DNA from: Heterodontus francisci
Taxonomy: Eukaryota
Length of the DNA: 64,000 bases
Direction of reading: 5' to 3'
NCBI RefSeq assembly: GCF_036365525.1
Contig: NC_090418.1
Coordinates: forward strand, 6,798,304-6,862,303
In this document: positions 24,301 through 39,300 of the stretch, piece after piece
Position numbering within the stretch: the first letter of the stretch is position 1
How the letters are laid out: every line of letters begins with the position of its first letter
Position numbers and translations under genes: made by a program
Notes under the pieces: model-generated
Told to the model about the DNA's origin: nothing
The model's input: only the letters and a program-made list of their open reading frames with translations
The model's database searches: none

Positions 24301-27300
24301 ATGCGACAGTTGGTTTCTTGTTTCATGCTATTTTTGAATGTGTCCTGTTCAGCAGGAAGCTGAAGGCTTGACCCAGGTCACAGAATCAAGTCATTTTATT
24401 CATTACAATCTTGAGATCTACTGCACAATCTACAATCAATGTACCGCGACCTCTACCACCTAGAAGTGCACGGGCATGTGAGGCGGGTACACTCACAGTG
24501 CTGTTCGGAAGGGAGGTGCAGGATTTGGGCCCAGCAACAGTGAAGGAACGGCGATATAGTTCCAGGTCAGGATGGTGTGTGACTTGGAGGGGAACTTGCA
24601 GGTGGTGGTGTTCCCACGGATTTGCTGCCCTTGTCCTTCTAGTTGGTAAAGGTTGCGGGTTTGGAAGGTGCTGTCTAAGGAGCCTTGGTGCATTGTTGCA
24701 GTGCGTTTTGTAGATGGTACACACTGCTGCCATTGTGTGTCGGTGATGGAGGGAGTGAATGATTGTGGATGGGGTGCCAATCAAGTGGACTTCTTTGTCC
24801 TGGATGGTGTCGAGATCTTGTGTGTTGTTGGAGCTGCAGGCATCCAGCCAAGTGGAGAGTATTCCATCATACTACTGACTTGTGCCTTGTAGATGGTGGA
24901 CAGGCTTTGGGGAGTCAGGAGGTGACATAGTCGCCGCAGGATTCCTAACCTCTGACCTGCTCTTGTAGCCATGGTATTTATATGGCTACTCAAGTTCAGT
25001 TTCGGGTCAATGGTAGCCCCTAGGATGTTGATAGTGGGGGATTCAGCAATTGTAATGACATTGAATGTCAAGGGGAGTTGGTTCCATTCTCTCTTGTTGG
25101 AGATGGTCATTGCCCGGCACTTGTGTGGTGTGAATGTTACTTGCCATTTATCAGCCCAAACCTGGATATTGTCCATTCATATGAAGATCTAAACTCTTGC
25201 ACCAAAAGCAGGGAGTGAAATAGTTTTCATCTCTGTTTGCACAATGTTTAGATTGTTTTACATTTTTATACACAAATTAATTTTACCATTCATAGCTGTT
25301 TTATCTCAATGTACACATTTTCTGGATGAAGTTTTGTGATAAATGCAATGGCGGACAGGTATGAATTGTGTGACATCCCTGTCCGCTACTAAGTGCAACT
25401 GTTAAGCAGTTAATTGGAAAAAAAATGTTCACTCCTGTCTGATACAGATGCTGCAATTTTTAACGCATGTTGGTTCAATGTCAACTTGGATCAATCTACA
25501 TTGTTCTGGACAATGATCACATTTCAGGGCAGGACAGAGACCTGAGTTGCTCAGGTAGTCCTTACTCCAGTTGGTTTGTTTGTTCATGCTATTCCTGAAC
25601 GTGTCATGTTCAGCTGGAAGCTGAAGGCTCTTGACCCAGGTCACAGAATCAAGCCATTTTATTTATTGCAAACTTGATAGATACTGCACAATCTCTGTGG
25701 TGGTTTTCATTGAGGACTGTGTCTCCTTTCTCCTCATGCTCCTATTGATATTTCTGCCAATTATCTTAAACCTGTGTCCTCTGGTTATGGATCTTTTTGC
25801 CAGTAGAAACAATTTCTCCTTCTTTTCAATCAAAAGCTTTCTTAACTCTGAACATGTCAATTACATCTTCCCTGAAAATGGTTTCCTCTAAGGAGGACAA
25901 TCTCAGCTTCTCTAGTCTCTCTGCATCAATGAAGACATTATGCTGAGGGCTGTTGTTTGTCTTTGGGTATTGTGAACAGTATCTCTCAGAGTGTCTGCAT
26001 TATTGTTTCAGGAGATTAAAACACGCAAATTTTGACAATAAATTATCTCAATAAAAAATGTTACCTTTGCCATAAGAGGGGTAACAATCTGTGGGGGATA
26101 AACAGATTTGTGTTAACATTGACTGCTGAAAATCAAGTGGAGATTCACATCTTCAACACAATTTGTTCAGTAACGGAAACATTCAGTATTGCATCATTCA
26201 AACATTCTATGGACATTATCATTAATACTCAATTCCCTTACGTTTTTCATCTCTGCACCCTCTCATATGAATATCTATCCTCTTGCAACAAAAGCAGGAA
26301 GTGAAAACATTATACATCTTTTTATAAAGTATAGTTTGGTTCAAATCCTTACAAATTAAATTAATTTTACCATTCACAGCCGCTTCACTTCAATGCATTA
26401 CATGTTTTCTAGCTTAATCTTTGTGCTAAAAACATTAGTGGACAGTTATGAGTTGTGTGACATTCCCATGTCCGCTATTTAGTGCAGCTGGTAAACTGTT
26501 AATTGAGAAATAAAATCTCCCCTGAATGACACAGATGCAGCAATTTTTAATCCTGTTGTTGAAATATCAAAGTGGATAAATCTACATTGCGTTCTGGCCA
26601 ATGATCATACGACATTTTGGCCAATCATCTTAAATCTGTGTCCTCTGGTACCTGCACTCCTGGCAGTTGAAACAATTTCTCCTTCTTTAGCCAAACAGAA
26701 TCTGTCTTAATTCTGATCATCTCGATTAAATCTCCCCTGAACATTCTTTCCTCTAAGGAGAACAATCCCCGCTTCTCCAGTCTCTCTCCATCACTGAAGT
26801 CCTTGTGCTGAGGACTGTTGCTGTCGAAGGATGTTTGGGCAGAAATCTGCCTCTGCTGCAGTGGTGACCCTGCTCCGTGTTCCCTGGAACATTTGGTCCC
26901 TCCAGCACGTGGCCATGATTCCAGGGATTTTCCACTATGAGACAATATAAGTGTAGCTGAAACACTCCCAGTGTAATCACTATCTGAGGGTGAGAGTGAG
27001 GATATTCAGATTTCCTGGGCGGGAACTGAAATCCGCCACTGCAGCTTTTGAAAGAGGTCGCTAAACTTCTCGTCGGTGACAAGGTTTGATGTTGGGAATT
27101 TCGCGCTGTAGAATGGTGGGAGACGGTCAGATGAAAGCTTTCATCACTAATATTAATCGGTGGAAATGTACATCTTTAGCAGTTTTGCAATTAATGAAAA
27201 ACAGCCAATGAGCAGCGGGATGGCACAGTGAAGGGATTGTTGTGTGGGTATTGTGAACAGTTTCAATCAGAATGTCTGCATTATTTTTCCTGGAGATCAA

Positions 27301-30300
27301 AACGCGTCAAAATTGAGAATAAATTCTCTAAATAAAAATATTTACCGTAGCTGCAATAGTGGTAACAGACTGTGAGGAGAAACAGATTTGTGTTAACATT
27401 GTCTGCTGAGAATCAAGTGGAGATTCACATTTTCAACACAATCGGTTCACTAACAGAAAGATACAGTATCGCTCAGATTAACGATTGGTGTAGATCACTC
27501 AAACATGAAATAGACGTTATTCGTTGAAGCTTATTCATCTCTGCACCCTCTGATAGGACATTCTATCCTCTTGCACCAAAAGGAGGGAGTGAAATAGTTA
27601 ATCATTTCTGTTTACACAAGATATGGTTTTGTTGAAATCTTTACAAATTAAATTAATGATAACTTTCATGCCCGTTTGTTTTCAATGAATTATGAGTTTT
27701 CTAGCTTTATCTTTGTGATAAAAGCATTAGTGGACGGTTAGGTTATGAGCTGTGTGACATTCACCTCGCTGCTATTCAGTGCAGCTGTACAGCTGTTAAT
27801 TGAAAAAATAGTTCACTCCTGCATGACAAGGATACAACACTTTTATTCAATTTGTTCAAATATCAACTTGGAGAAATTTACACAGCAGTCTGAACACTGA
27901 ATACATCTCAGGGCAGGACAGAGACCTGAGCTGCTCAGAAGATCCTTGCTCCAGTTGCTTTGTTTTTTTACGCTATTCCTGAATGTGTCCTGTCCAGCAG
28001 CAAGCTGAAGCTTCTTGACCCAGGTCATAGAATCAATTCAATCTATTCATTGCAATCTTGAGAGCTACTGCACAATCTCAGTGGTGGTTTTCATTGGGTA
28101 CTGGGTCTACTTTGTATTCATGTCCACCCCCTGACATTTATTTGTGAAATATCTTACATCTTGCCTTCTGGTCACCGCCCTTCCTGCCAATGGAAACAAT
28201 TTCTCCTTCTTTACCTAATCAAAAACTGTCTTAATTCTGATCATCTCCATTAAATCTCTCCTGTACATTCTACCCTCTAAGGAGAACAATCCCAGCTTCT
28301 CGAGGCTCTCTCCATCACTGAAATCCTTGTGCTGAGGACTGTTGCTGTGGAAGAATGTTTGAGCAGAAATCCACCTCTGCTGCCGTGGTGACCCTGCTCC
28401 GTGTTCCCTGGAACATTTTGTCCTTCCAGCACATGGCCGGGAATTCCAGGGATTATCCACAGTTCCACAATATAAGTGCAACTGAAACTCCCAGTGTAAT
28501 GACCATCTCAGGGTGCGATTGGGGAAATTCAGATTTTCTGGGCAGGAGCTGAAATTCGCCACTGCAGCTTTTCAAAGTGGATGCTAAACTTCTCATCGGT
28601 GACAAGGTTTGAGGTTGGGAATTTCGTGCTGTGAAATGGTGGGAGACGGTCAGATGAATGCAATCTGTCACTCTTATCAACCAGAGGAAATTTACACCAT
28701 AAACTATTTGGGTTTAGATGAGAAGCAGCCAGTGAGCAGTAGAATGATGCTGTGAAAGGATTTGGGCTTGGGTATTTTGAACTGTATCACTCAGAGTGTC
28801 TGCATTATTGCTTCTGGAGATTAAAACATGCAGAAAACTGACAATAAATTTTCTTGTTGAAAATATTTACCATAGTGTCCATGATTATAATATCCTGTGG
28901 GTAGAAACAGATTTGTGTTAACATTGTCTGCTGCGTTTCGAGTGGAGATTTACATTTTGAACACAATTTGTTCAGTAACTGAAACATTCAGTGTTGCTCG
29001 GATTAGGATTGAAGTCGATCTTTCAAGCATTTAATGTACATTATCATTAATACTGATTTCATTTAAGCTTATTCATCTGTGAACCCTCTCCTATGAATAT
29101 CTAACCTCTTCCACCAAACGCAGGGAGTTAAATAGTTATTCACCTCTGTTTTCACAAAGTATGGTTTTCTTGAACTCCTTACAAAATGAATTTATTTTAC
29201 TATTTGAGCAGGGAAGTTATGCTGGAACTGTATAAATCGTTGGTTAGGCCACAAATTGAGTACTGTGTGCTGTTCTGATCACCTCATTACAGAAAGGATA
29301 TAATTGCACTGGAGCTGTTACAGAGGAGATTAACGAGGATGTTGCCAGGACTGAAAAAATACAGCTGTGAGGAAAGATTGGCGAGGCTGGGGTTGTTCTC
29401 CTTGGAATAGAGAATGCTGAGGGGAGATCTGATTGAAATGTACAAAATTATGCGGGGGCCTGGATAGAATGGAGGTGAAGGGCCTATTTACCTTAGCAGA
29501 GATGTCAGTGACTAGGGGACATTGATTTAAAGTGATTGGTCGAACGATTAGAGGGGAGATATGGAAATAAATTTCATGAGAGGGTGGTGGGGGTCTGCAA
29601 CTCACTGCCTCAATGGGTAGTTGAAACAGAAACCCCCAACTCATTCAAATGGAGTCTGGATATGCATCTCAAGGGCCGTAACAAGTGCCGCAATCCGCAG
29701 GGCTACAGACCAAATGCAAGAAGGTGGCATTGGACTTGGAGGATTGTTGTTTGGCCGGCACAGACATGATGGGCCAAGTGGCCGCTTTCTGTGCTGTAAC
29801 CTTTCAATGATTCTATGATTTTATTGTCCCCACTGCATTTCAATGCACTATTATTTTCGAGGTCACTCTTTGTGATAAATACTTTGTTGGACCGTTATGC
29901 GATGAGCTGTGTGACATTCCCTCGTCCGCTATTTAATGAAGCTTTAGACAGGTCACTGCGGATAAAGCTCACTGCTGCGTGACAAGGGTGCCTGAGCTGA
30001 AAACCGATACTACAGTTTCTGAAAGAGGACGCAGAACTTCTCGTCGGTGACAAGGTTTGAAGTTGGGAATTTCGTGCTGTGAAATGGTGGGAGACGGTCA
30101 GATGAATGCATTCTGTCATTAATATCAACCAGAGGAAAATTACACCTTGGACTGTTTTGGTTCCTTCCGATGAAGGGTCACTGACCCGAAACGTTAACTC
30201 TGCTTCTCTTTCCACAGATGCTGCCAGACATGCTGAGTGGTTCCAGCATTTCTTGTTTTTAATTCATTTCAGTAACTGGAACATTCAGTATTGCACGAAT

Positions 30301-33300
30301 TAGGGATTGATGTCGATCTTTTAAACATTGAATGGACGTTACCATTAATACCAATTTGTTTAAGCTTGTTCATCTCTGCACCCTCTCACACCAACATCTA
30401 TCCTGTTGCATGAAAGGCAGGGAGTGAAATAGTTATTCATTTCTGTTTTCACAATGTATGGTTTTGTTGAAATCCTGACAAATGAAATGAATGTTACCAT
30501 TTGCACCCATTTCATTTCAATGCATTATAACTTTACTGGCTTAATCTTTGTGATAAAAACGTTAGTGGACAGTTATGTGACATTCCCCTGTTTGCTTTTT
30601 AATGAAGCTGTTAAACAGGTATTTGCAAAAACAATTCACTCCTGTATGATAGGGATGCAACACTTTTAAATGCATTTTATTCACATATCAACTTGGATAA
30701 AATCATTTTGATCATTTCCAGTTTGCAGGCCTCCTCTTGGGACGTTCAATCTCTCTACACCTCCATCCCCCACCTGGGCGGTTTGAAGGCTCTTCGCTTC
30801 TTCCTTGAACAGAGAGCCAACCGGCCCCCATCCACTACCACCCTCCTCCACCTTGCTGAACTTGTTCTCACATTGAACAACTTCTCCTTCAACTCCACTC
30901 ACTTCCTTCATCTAAAAGGTGTTGCTATGGGTACCCGCATGGGTCCGAGTTATGCCTGTCTTTTTGTGGGATATGTCGAACATTCCTTGTTCCACTCCTA
31001 CTCAGGCCCTATCCCCCAACTCTTTTTCTGGTACATTGATGACTGTATCGGTGCTGGTTCCTGCTCTTGTCCCGTACTGAAAAACGTTATCAACTTTGCT
31101 TCTAATTTCCACCCTTTTCTCACTTTAACATGGTCCATCTCCAACACTTCCCTTCCTCGACTTCTCTGTCTCCATCTCAGGGGATAGGCTGTCTACTAAT
31201 ATTCATTATAAGCCCACCGAATCCCACAGCTACCTCGACTATACTTCTTCACACCCTGCCTCCTGTAAGGACTCCATTCCATTCTCCCAGTTTCTCCATC
31301 TCCGACGCATCTGCTCTGATGATGCTTCCTGATGTGTCTTCCTTTTTCCTCAATCGAGGATTCCCCCCACTGTGGTTGACAGGGCCCTCAACCATGTCTG
31401 GCCCATTTCCCGCACCTCTACCCTCATCCCGTCCCTCCCTCCCAAAACCGAGACAGGGTTCCCCTTGTCCTCACTTTCCACCCCACCAGCCTCCACATCC
31501 AAAGGTTCATCCACCGCCATTTCCGCCACCTCCAGTGTGATGCCACTACTAAACACATCTTCCCCTCCCTTCCCCTGTTAGCATTCTGAAGGGATCGTTC
31601 CCTTCATGACACCTTGGGCCACTCATCCATTACTCCCACCATCTCGTCCCCTTCCCATGGCACCTTCCCCTGCAATTGCAGGAGATATAATGCCTGCCTA
31701 TTTCCCTCCTCTCTCCTCACTATCCATGGCCCCAAACATTCCTTTCAGGTGAAACAGCGATTTACTTGTACTTCTTTCAATTTAGGATACTGTAGTTGCT
31801 GCTCACAATGTAGTCTCCTCTACATTGGTGAGACCAAATGCAGACCAGGTGACCGCTTTGCGGAACATCTCCGCTCAGACCGAAAGCATGACCCTGAGCT
31901 TCCGGTTGCTTGCCATTTCAACACTCCCCCCTGCTCTCATTCTCACATCTCTGTCCTGGAATTGCTGTAGTGTTCCAGTTAACATCAACGCAAGCTCGAG
32001 GAACAGTATCTCATTTATTGATTAGGCACGCTACAGCCTGCCGGACTGAACATTGAGTTCAATAATTTCAGAGCATGAAGGGCCCCCCTTTTTATTTTTA
32101 TTTTTAGTTATTCTTCCTTTTTTTCTTTTTTCTTTTTTAAGTGATTATTTTATTTTAGCTTGTTTAGTTTGTTTCTGCTGTGCTTACCCACAGTTTTTTT
32201 TTTCATGTTTGTGCTTGGGGCCAGGCTGCTCAGTTTTCTGTCCATTAACACCCCCTCTGTACTAACGCTTTGTCTTTCACCACACCATTAGCAAACCGTT
32301 TGCCTTTGCTCCATGACCTTCTGGTCAGTTATTCTCTGTGACCTTGTCCTATCAACACCTCTTTTGTTATCTCTTGCTACACCCCCGCTTTACTTGGTTA
32401 AAACCTTTTACATTTCTAACATCTGCCAGTTCTGATGAAGGGTCACTGACCTGAAACTTTAACTCTGCTTCTCTCTCCACAGATGCTGCCACACCTGCTG
32501 GGTATTTCCAGCATTTCTTGTTTGCGTTTGGATAAATCTGCAGTGCGGTCTGGCCAATGATCACATCTCAGGACAGGACAGAGTCCTGAGCTGCTCAGAA
32601 AGTGCTTTCTCCAATTCATTTGTTTGTTCAAACTATTCCTGAATGTGTCCTGTCCAGCAGGAAACTGAAGCCTCTTGACCCAGGTCACAAAATCAATTCA
32701 TTTTATTCATTGCAATCTTGTGAGTTACTGCACAATCTCAATGTTGGTTTTCACTGGGTACTCAGTCTGATTTCTATTCATGTTCACCCCCTGGCATTTT
32801 TGCGAACTTTCTTAAATTTATATCCTCTGGTTAAGGACAATCATGTCAATGGAAACAATTTCTCCTTCATTACCCAATCAAAAACTGTCCTAATTCTGAA
32901 CATCGGGATTAAATCTCCCCTTAACATTATTTCCTCTAAGGAGAACAATCCCCGCTTCTCCTGTCTCTCTCCATCACTGAAGTCCTTGTGCTGAGGACTG
33001 TTGCTGTTGAAAGGTGTTTGGGCAGAAATCCGCCTCTGCTGCAGTGGTGTCCCTGTTCCTTGTTCCCAGGAAAATGTTGTCCCTCCAGCACATAGCCGGT
33101 AATTCCAGTGTTTTTTCCCTGTCCCAGAATGTAAGTGCAGCTGAAACACTCCCAGTGTAATCACTATCTCACAGTGAGATTGGGGAAATTCAGATTTCCT
33201 GGGCAGGAGCTAAAATCCGCCACTGCAGCTTTTCAAAGAGGACGCTTAACTTCTCGGCGGTGACAAGGTTTGAGGTTGGGAATTTCGTGCTGTGAAATGG

Positions 33301-36300
33301 TGGGAGACGGTCAGATGACTGCATTCTGTCACTAATATCAACCAGAGGAAATTTACACCTTGAACTGTTTGGGTTCAGATGAGAAGCAGCCAATGAGCAG
33401 CGGGATGGTGCAGTGAAGGTGTTGATGTGTGGGTAATGTGAACTGTATCTCACAGACTGTCGGCATTATTGTTTCTGGAGATTAAAACACCCCAAAAAAT
33501 TGACAATATATTCTCAGAGTAAACATATTTACCATCGTCTCCATGAGGATAATATCCTGTGTGGAGAAACAGATTTGTGTTAACATTGTCTGCTGAGATT
33601 CAATGGAGATTCACATTTTGTTCACAATCAGTTCAGCAACTGAAACATTCAGTATTGCACGGATTAGGGATTGAAGTGGATCTTTCAAACATTAAATGGG
33701 CATTATCACTGACACTGATATCATTTAAGCATCTTCATTTCTGCTCTACTATGAATATCTAACCTATTGCACACAACGCAGGGATTCAACTAGTTGTTCA
33801 TCTCTGTTTTAAACAAGCGTGTTTTTTTGAAATCTTTGCAACCAAAATTAATTTTACTATTCGCACTTTCTTTTTGACGATGTTTATACCTTTACTCGCT
33901 TAATTATTGTGATAATAAGATTCGTAGACAATTTAGTTATGAGCTGTGTGACTTTCCCTGGCTGTGACTTAATGAAGCTGTTAAACAGTTAATTGCAAAA
34001 TAAAGTTCACTGCTGTGTGACAAGGATGCAACACATTTTAATCCATTTTTTTTTCAAATATCAACTTAGATAAATCTAACACTGGGATCTGGCAATGATC
34101 ACATCTCAGGGCAGGGCAGAGACAGAGACCTGAGCTGCTCAGAAAGTCCTTGCTCCAATCAGTTTGTTTGTTCATGCAGATGAATGCATTCTCTCACTAA
34201 TATCACCCAGAGGAAATTTACACCTTTACACCTGTTTTGGAACACAGGAGAAGCAGCCAATGTGCAGCAGGATAGTGCATTGAAGGGATTTGGGTTTGGA
34301 ATTGTGAACAGTTTGGCTCTGCATTGTTTCTGGAGATTTAAACATGCAACAGTCGGACAAAAATATTCTCGTCAGAAAAATATTTACCATCGTATTTTGT
34401 ATATTTTTTCCCTGTGGCGGGGAAACAGATTTGTGTTAAGATTGCAGAGAATCAATTGAAGATTCACATTTTCGACACAAACAGTTCAGCAATTAAAACA
34501 TTCCATATTACGCGGATTAGAAATTGGTGTGGAACTTTCAAACATTAACTTGACATGACCATTCATACTGATTTCATTTCAGGTTGATCATCTCTGCACT
34601 CTCTCATACAAGTGTCTAACCTCTTGCACCAAAAGCAGGGAGTAAAATAGTTATTCATCTCTGTTTTCCCAAAGTATGGATTGGTTTAAATTTTTATGAG
34701 CTAATTAATTTTATCATTCACAGCGGCTTGATTTCAACCTATACGTTTTCTGCCTGAATCTTTGTGATAAATGCCTCACTGGACAGTTATAACATTCTCC
34801 TCTCCTGCCAGTGGAATCAATTTCTCCTTCTTTACCCAATCAAAAACTGTCTTAATTCTGAACATCGGGATTAAATCTCCCCTGAACATTCTTTTCTCTA
34901 AGGAGAACAATCCCAGCTTCTCCTGTCTCTCTCCATCAGTGACGTCCTTGTGCTGAGGACTGTTGCAGTTGAAGGATGTTTGGGCAGAAATCCGCCTCTG
35001 CTGCAGTGGTGATCCTGCTCCGTGTTCCCTGGAACATTTTGCTATTCGAGCACATGGCCAGGATTCCAGGGATTTTCCACTGTCCCAGAATTTGAGTGAA
35101 ATCGGAACACTCCCAGTTTCATCAGTTTCTCAGCGTGAGAGTGAGGCAATTCAGATTTCCTGGAGAGGAGCTGAAATCCGTCACTGCAGCTTTTGATAGA
35201 GGACGCTAAACTTCTCGTCGGTGATAAGGATTGAGGTTGGGAATTTCACGCTGTGAAATGGTGGGAGACGGGCAGATCATTGTCACTAATATCAAACAGT
35301 GGAAATTGACACCATGAACTGTTTTGGTGGAGATGAGTAGCAGCCAATGAGCAGCGAGATGGTGCAGTGAAAGTGTTGGTGTGTGGGGAATGTGAACAGT
35401 ATCTCTCAGACTGTCGGCATTATTGGTTCTGGAGATTAAAACACCCCAAAAAAATTGACAATACATTCTCAGAGTAAACATATTTACCATCGCCTCCATG
35501 AGGATAATATCCTGTGTGGAGAAACAGATTTGTGTTAACGTTGTCTGCTGAGATTCAAGTGGAGATTAACATTTTGTTCACAAACAGTTCAGCAACTGAA
35601 ACATTCAGTATTGCACGGATTAGGGATTGAAGTGGATCTTTCAAACATTACAGGACATTATCACTGACACTGATATCATTTAAGCTTATTCATTTCTGCT
35701 CTACTATGAATATCTAACATCTTGCACACAACGCAGGGATTCAACTCGTTGTTCCTCTCTGTTTTAAAAAAGCGTGTTTTTTTGAAATCTTTGCAAACAA
35801 AATTAATTTTACTATTTGCACTTTCTTTTTGCCGATGTTTATACCTTTACTCGCTTAATTATTGTGATAATAATATTCGTGGACAATTAAGTTCTGAGCT
35901 GTGTGACATTCCCTGGCTGTGACTTAATGAAGCTGTTAAACAGTTAATTGCAAAATGAATTTCACTGCTGTGTGACAAGGATGCAACACATTTTAATCCA
36001 TTTTTTTTGTCAAATATCAACTTGGATAAATCTACACTGGGGTGTGGCCAATGATCACATCTCAGGGCAGAACAGAGACCTGAGCTGCTCAGAAAGTCCT
36101 TGCTCCAATCAGTTTGTTTGTTCATGCAGATGAATGCATTCTCTCACTAATATCACCCAGAGGAAATTTACACCTTTACACCTTTTTTGGAACACAGGAG
36201 AAGCAGCCAATGTGCAGCAGGATAGTGCATTGAAGGGATTTGGGTTTGGAATTGTGAACAGTTTGGCTCTGCATTGTTTCTGGAGATTTAAACATGCAAC

Positions 36301-39300
36301 AGTCGGACAAAAATATTCTCGTCAGAAAAATATTTACCATCGTATTTTGGATATTTTTTCCCTGTGGCGGGGAAACAGATTTGTGTTAAGATTGCAGAGA
36401 ATCAATTGAAGATTCACATTTTCGACACAAACAGTTCAGCAATTAAAACATTCCATATTACGCGGATTAGAAATTGGTGTGGAACTTTCAAACATTAACT
36501 TGACATGACCATTCATACTGATTTCATTTCAGGTTGATCATCTCTGCACTCTCTCATACAAGTGTCTAACCTCTTGCACCAAAAGCAGGGAGTAAAATAG
36601 TTACTCATCTCTGTTTTCCCAAAGTATGGATTGGTTTAAATTTTTATGAGCTAATTAATTTTATCATTCACAGCGGCTTGATTTCAACCTATAGGTTTTC
36701 TGCCTGAATCTTTGTGATAAATGCCTTACTGGACAGTTATAACATTCTCCTCTCCACTACTTAATGCAGCGGTTAAACATTTCAGTGGAAAAAAACATGT
36801 TCACTTCAACATGATAAAGATACAGCAATTTTTCATCAATGTTGAAATATGAATTTGGATAAATCTACACTGGGGTCTACCCAATGATCATATCTCAGGA
36901 CAGGACAGAGACCTGAGCTGCTCTGGAAGTCTTTTCTCCAATCGATTTGTTTGTTCTTGCTATTCCTGAATGTGTCCTGTCCAGCAGGAAGATGAAAGCC
37001 TCTCGACAAATGTCACAGAATCAAGTCATTTTATTCATTGTGATCTTGAGAGCTACAGCACAGTCTCAGTCGTGGCTTTCATTGGGAACTATAACTAATT
37101 TCTATTCATGTTGCCCCCGATATCTTTGCGAAATATCTTACATTTCTGTTCTCTGGTTCCTGACCCTCCTGCCAATGGAAACTATTTCTCCTTCTTTACC
37201 CAATCAAAAACTGTCTTAATTCTGAACATCGGGATTAAATCTCCCCTGAACATTCTTTCCTGTGAGGAGAACAATCCCCGCTTCTCCTGTCTCCTCCATC
37301 ACTGAAGTCCTTGTGCTGAGGACTGTTGCAGTTGAAGGATGTTTGGGCAGAAATCCGCCTCTGCTGCAGTGGTGATCCTGCTCCGTGTTCCCTCAAACAT
37401 TTTGCCACTCGAGCACATGGCCAGGATTCCAGGGATTTACCACTGTCCCAGAATTTGAGTGAAACCGGAACACTCCCAGTTTCATCAGTGTCTCAGCGTG
37501 AGAGTGGGGCAATTCAGATTTCCTGGAGAGGAGCTGAAATCCGTCACTGCAGCTTTTGAGAGAGGACGATAAACTTCTCGTCGGTGATAAGGATTGAGGT
37601 TGGGTATTTCACGCTGTGAAATGGTGGGAGACGGTCAGATGAATGTCACTAAGATCAAACAGAGGAAATTTACACCATGAGCTGTTTTGGTGCACATGAG
37701 AAGCAGCCAATGAGCAGCGAGATGGTGCAGTGAAGGTGTTGGTGTGTGGGTAATGTGAACTGTATCTCACAGACTGTCGGCATTATTGTTTCTGCAGAGT
37801 AAAACACCCCAAAAAATTGACAATATATTCTCAGAGTAAACATATTCACCATGGTCTCCATAAGGATAATATCCTGTGTGGAGAAACAGATTTGTGTTAA
37901 CATTGTCTGCTGAGATTCAATTGGAGATTAACATTTTGTTCACAATCAGTTCAGCAACTGAAACATTCAGTATTGCACGGATTAGGGTTTGAAGTGGATC
38001 TTTCAAACATTAAATGGGCATTATCATTGACACTGATATCATTAAAGCTTCTTCATTTCTGCTCGACGATGAATATCTAACCTCTTGCACACAACGCAGG
38101 GATTCAACTCGTTGTTCATCTCTGTTTTAAACAAGCGTGTTTTTTTGAAATCTTTGCAACCAAAATTAATTTTACTATTTGCACTTTCTTTTTGCCGATG
38201 TTTATACCTTTACTCGCTTAATTATTGTGATAATAATATTCGTAGACAATTTAGTTCTGAGCTGTGTGACATTCCCTGGCTGTGACTTAATGAAGCTGTT
38301 AAACAGTTAATTGCAACATAAAGTTCACTGCTGCATGACAAGGATGCAAGACATTTTAATCCATTTTATTCAAATATCAACTTAGATATATCTAACACTG
38401 GGATCTGGAAATGATCACATCTCAGGGCAGGGCAGGGCAGAGACCTGAGCTGCTCAGAAAGTCCGTGCACCAATCAGTTTGTTTGTTCATGCAGATGAAT
38501 GCATTATCTTACTTATATCACCCAGAGGAATTTTACACCTTCACACCTGTTTTGGAACACAGGGGAAGCAGCCAATGTGCAGCAGGATAGTGCATTGAAG
38601 GGATTTGGGTTTGGAATTGTGAACAGTTTGGCTCTGCATTGTTTCTGGAGATTTAAACATGCAACAGTCGGACAAAAATATTCTCGTCAGAAAAATATTT
38701 ACCATCGTATTTTCCATCTTTTTTCCCTGTGGTGGGGAAACAGATTTGTGTTAAGATTGCAGAGAATCAAGTGAAGATTCACATTTTCGACACAAACAGT
38801 TCAGCAATTAAAACATTCCATATTACGCGGATTAGAAATTGGTGTGGAACTTTCAAACATTAACTTGACAAGACTATTCATACTGATTTCATTTCAGGTT
38901 GATCATCTCTGCACTCTCTCATACAAGTGTCTAACCTCTTGCACCAAAAGCAGGGAGTAAAATAGTTACTCATCTCTGTTTTCCCAAAGTATGGATTGGT
39001 TTAAATTTTTATGAGCTAATTAATTTTATCATTCACAGCGGCTTGATTTCAACCTATAGGTTTTCTGCCTGAATCTTTGTGATATATTCCTTACTGGACA
39101 GTTATAACATTCTCCTCTCCACTACTTAATGCAGCGGTTAAACATTTCAGTGGAAAAAAACATGTTCACTTCAACAAGATAAAGATACAGCAATTTTTCA
39201 TCAATGTTGAAATATGAATTTGGATAAATCTACACTGGGGTCTACCCAATGATCATATCTCAGGACAGGACAGAGACCTGAGCTGCTCTGGAAGTCTTTG

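Noticed and set aside
34184-34459. Recurrent 60-150-aa ORFs in the array (MHSLTNITQRKF..., MQLKDVWAEI..., MNKQTDWSK...)
   Set aside because: They recur only because the DNA is repeated; other units have stops and frameshifts, and they lie in introns or antisense to the micro-exons.
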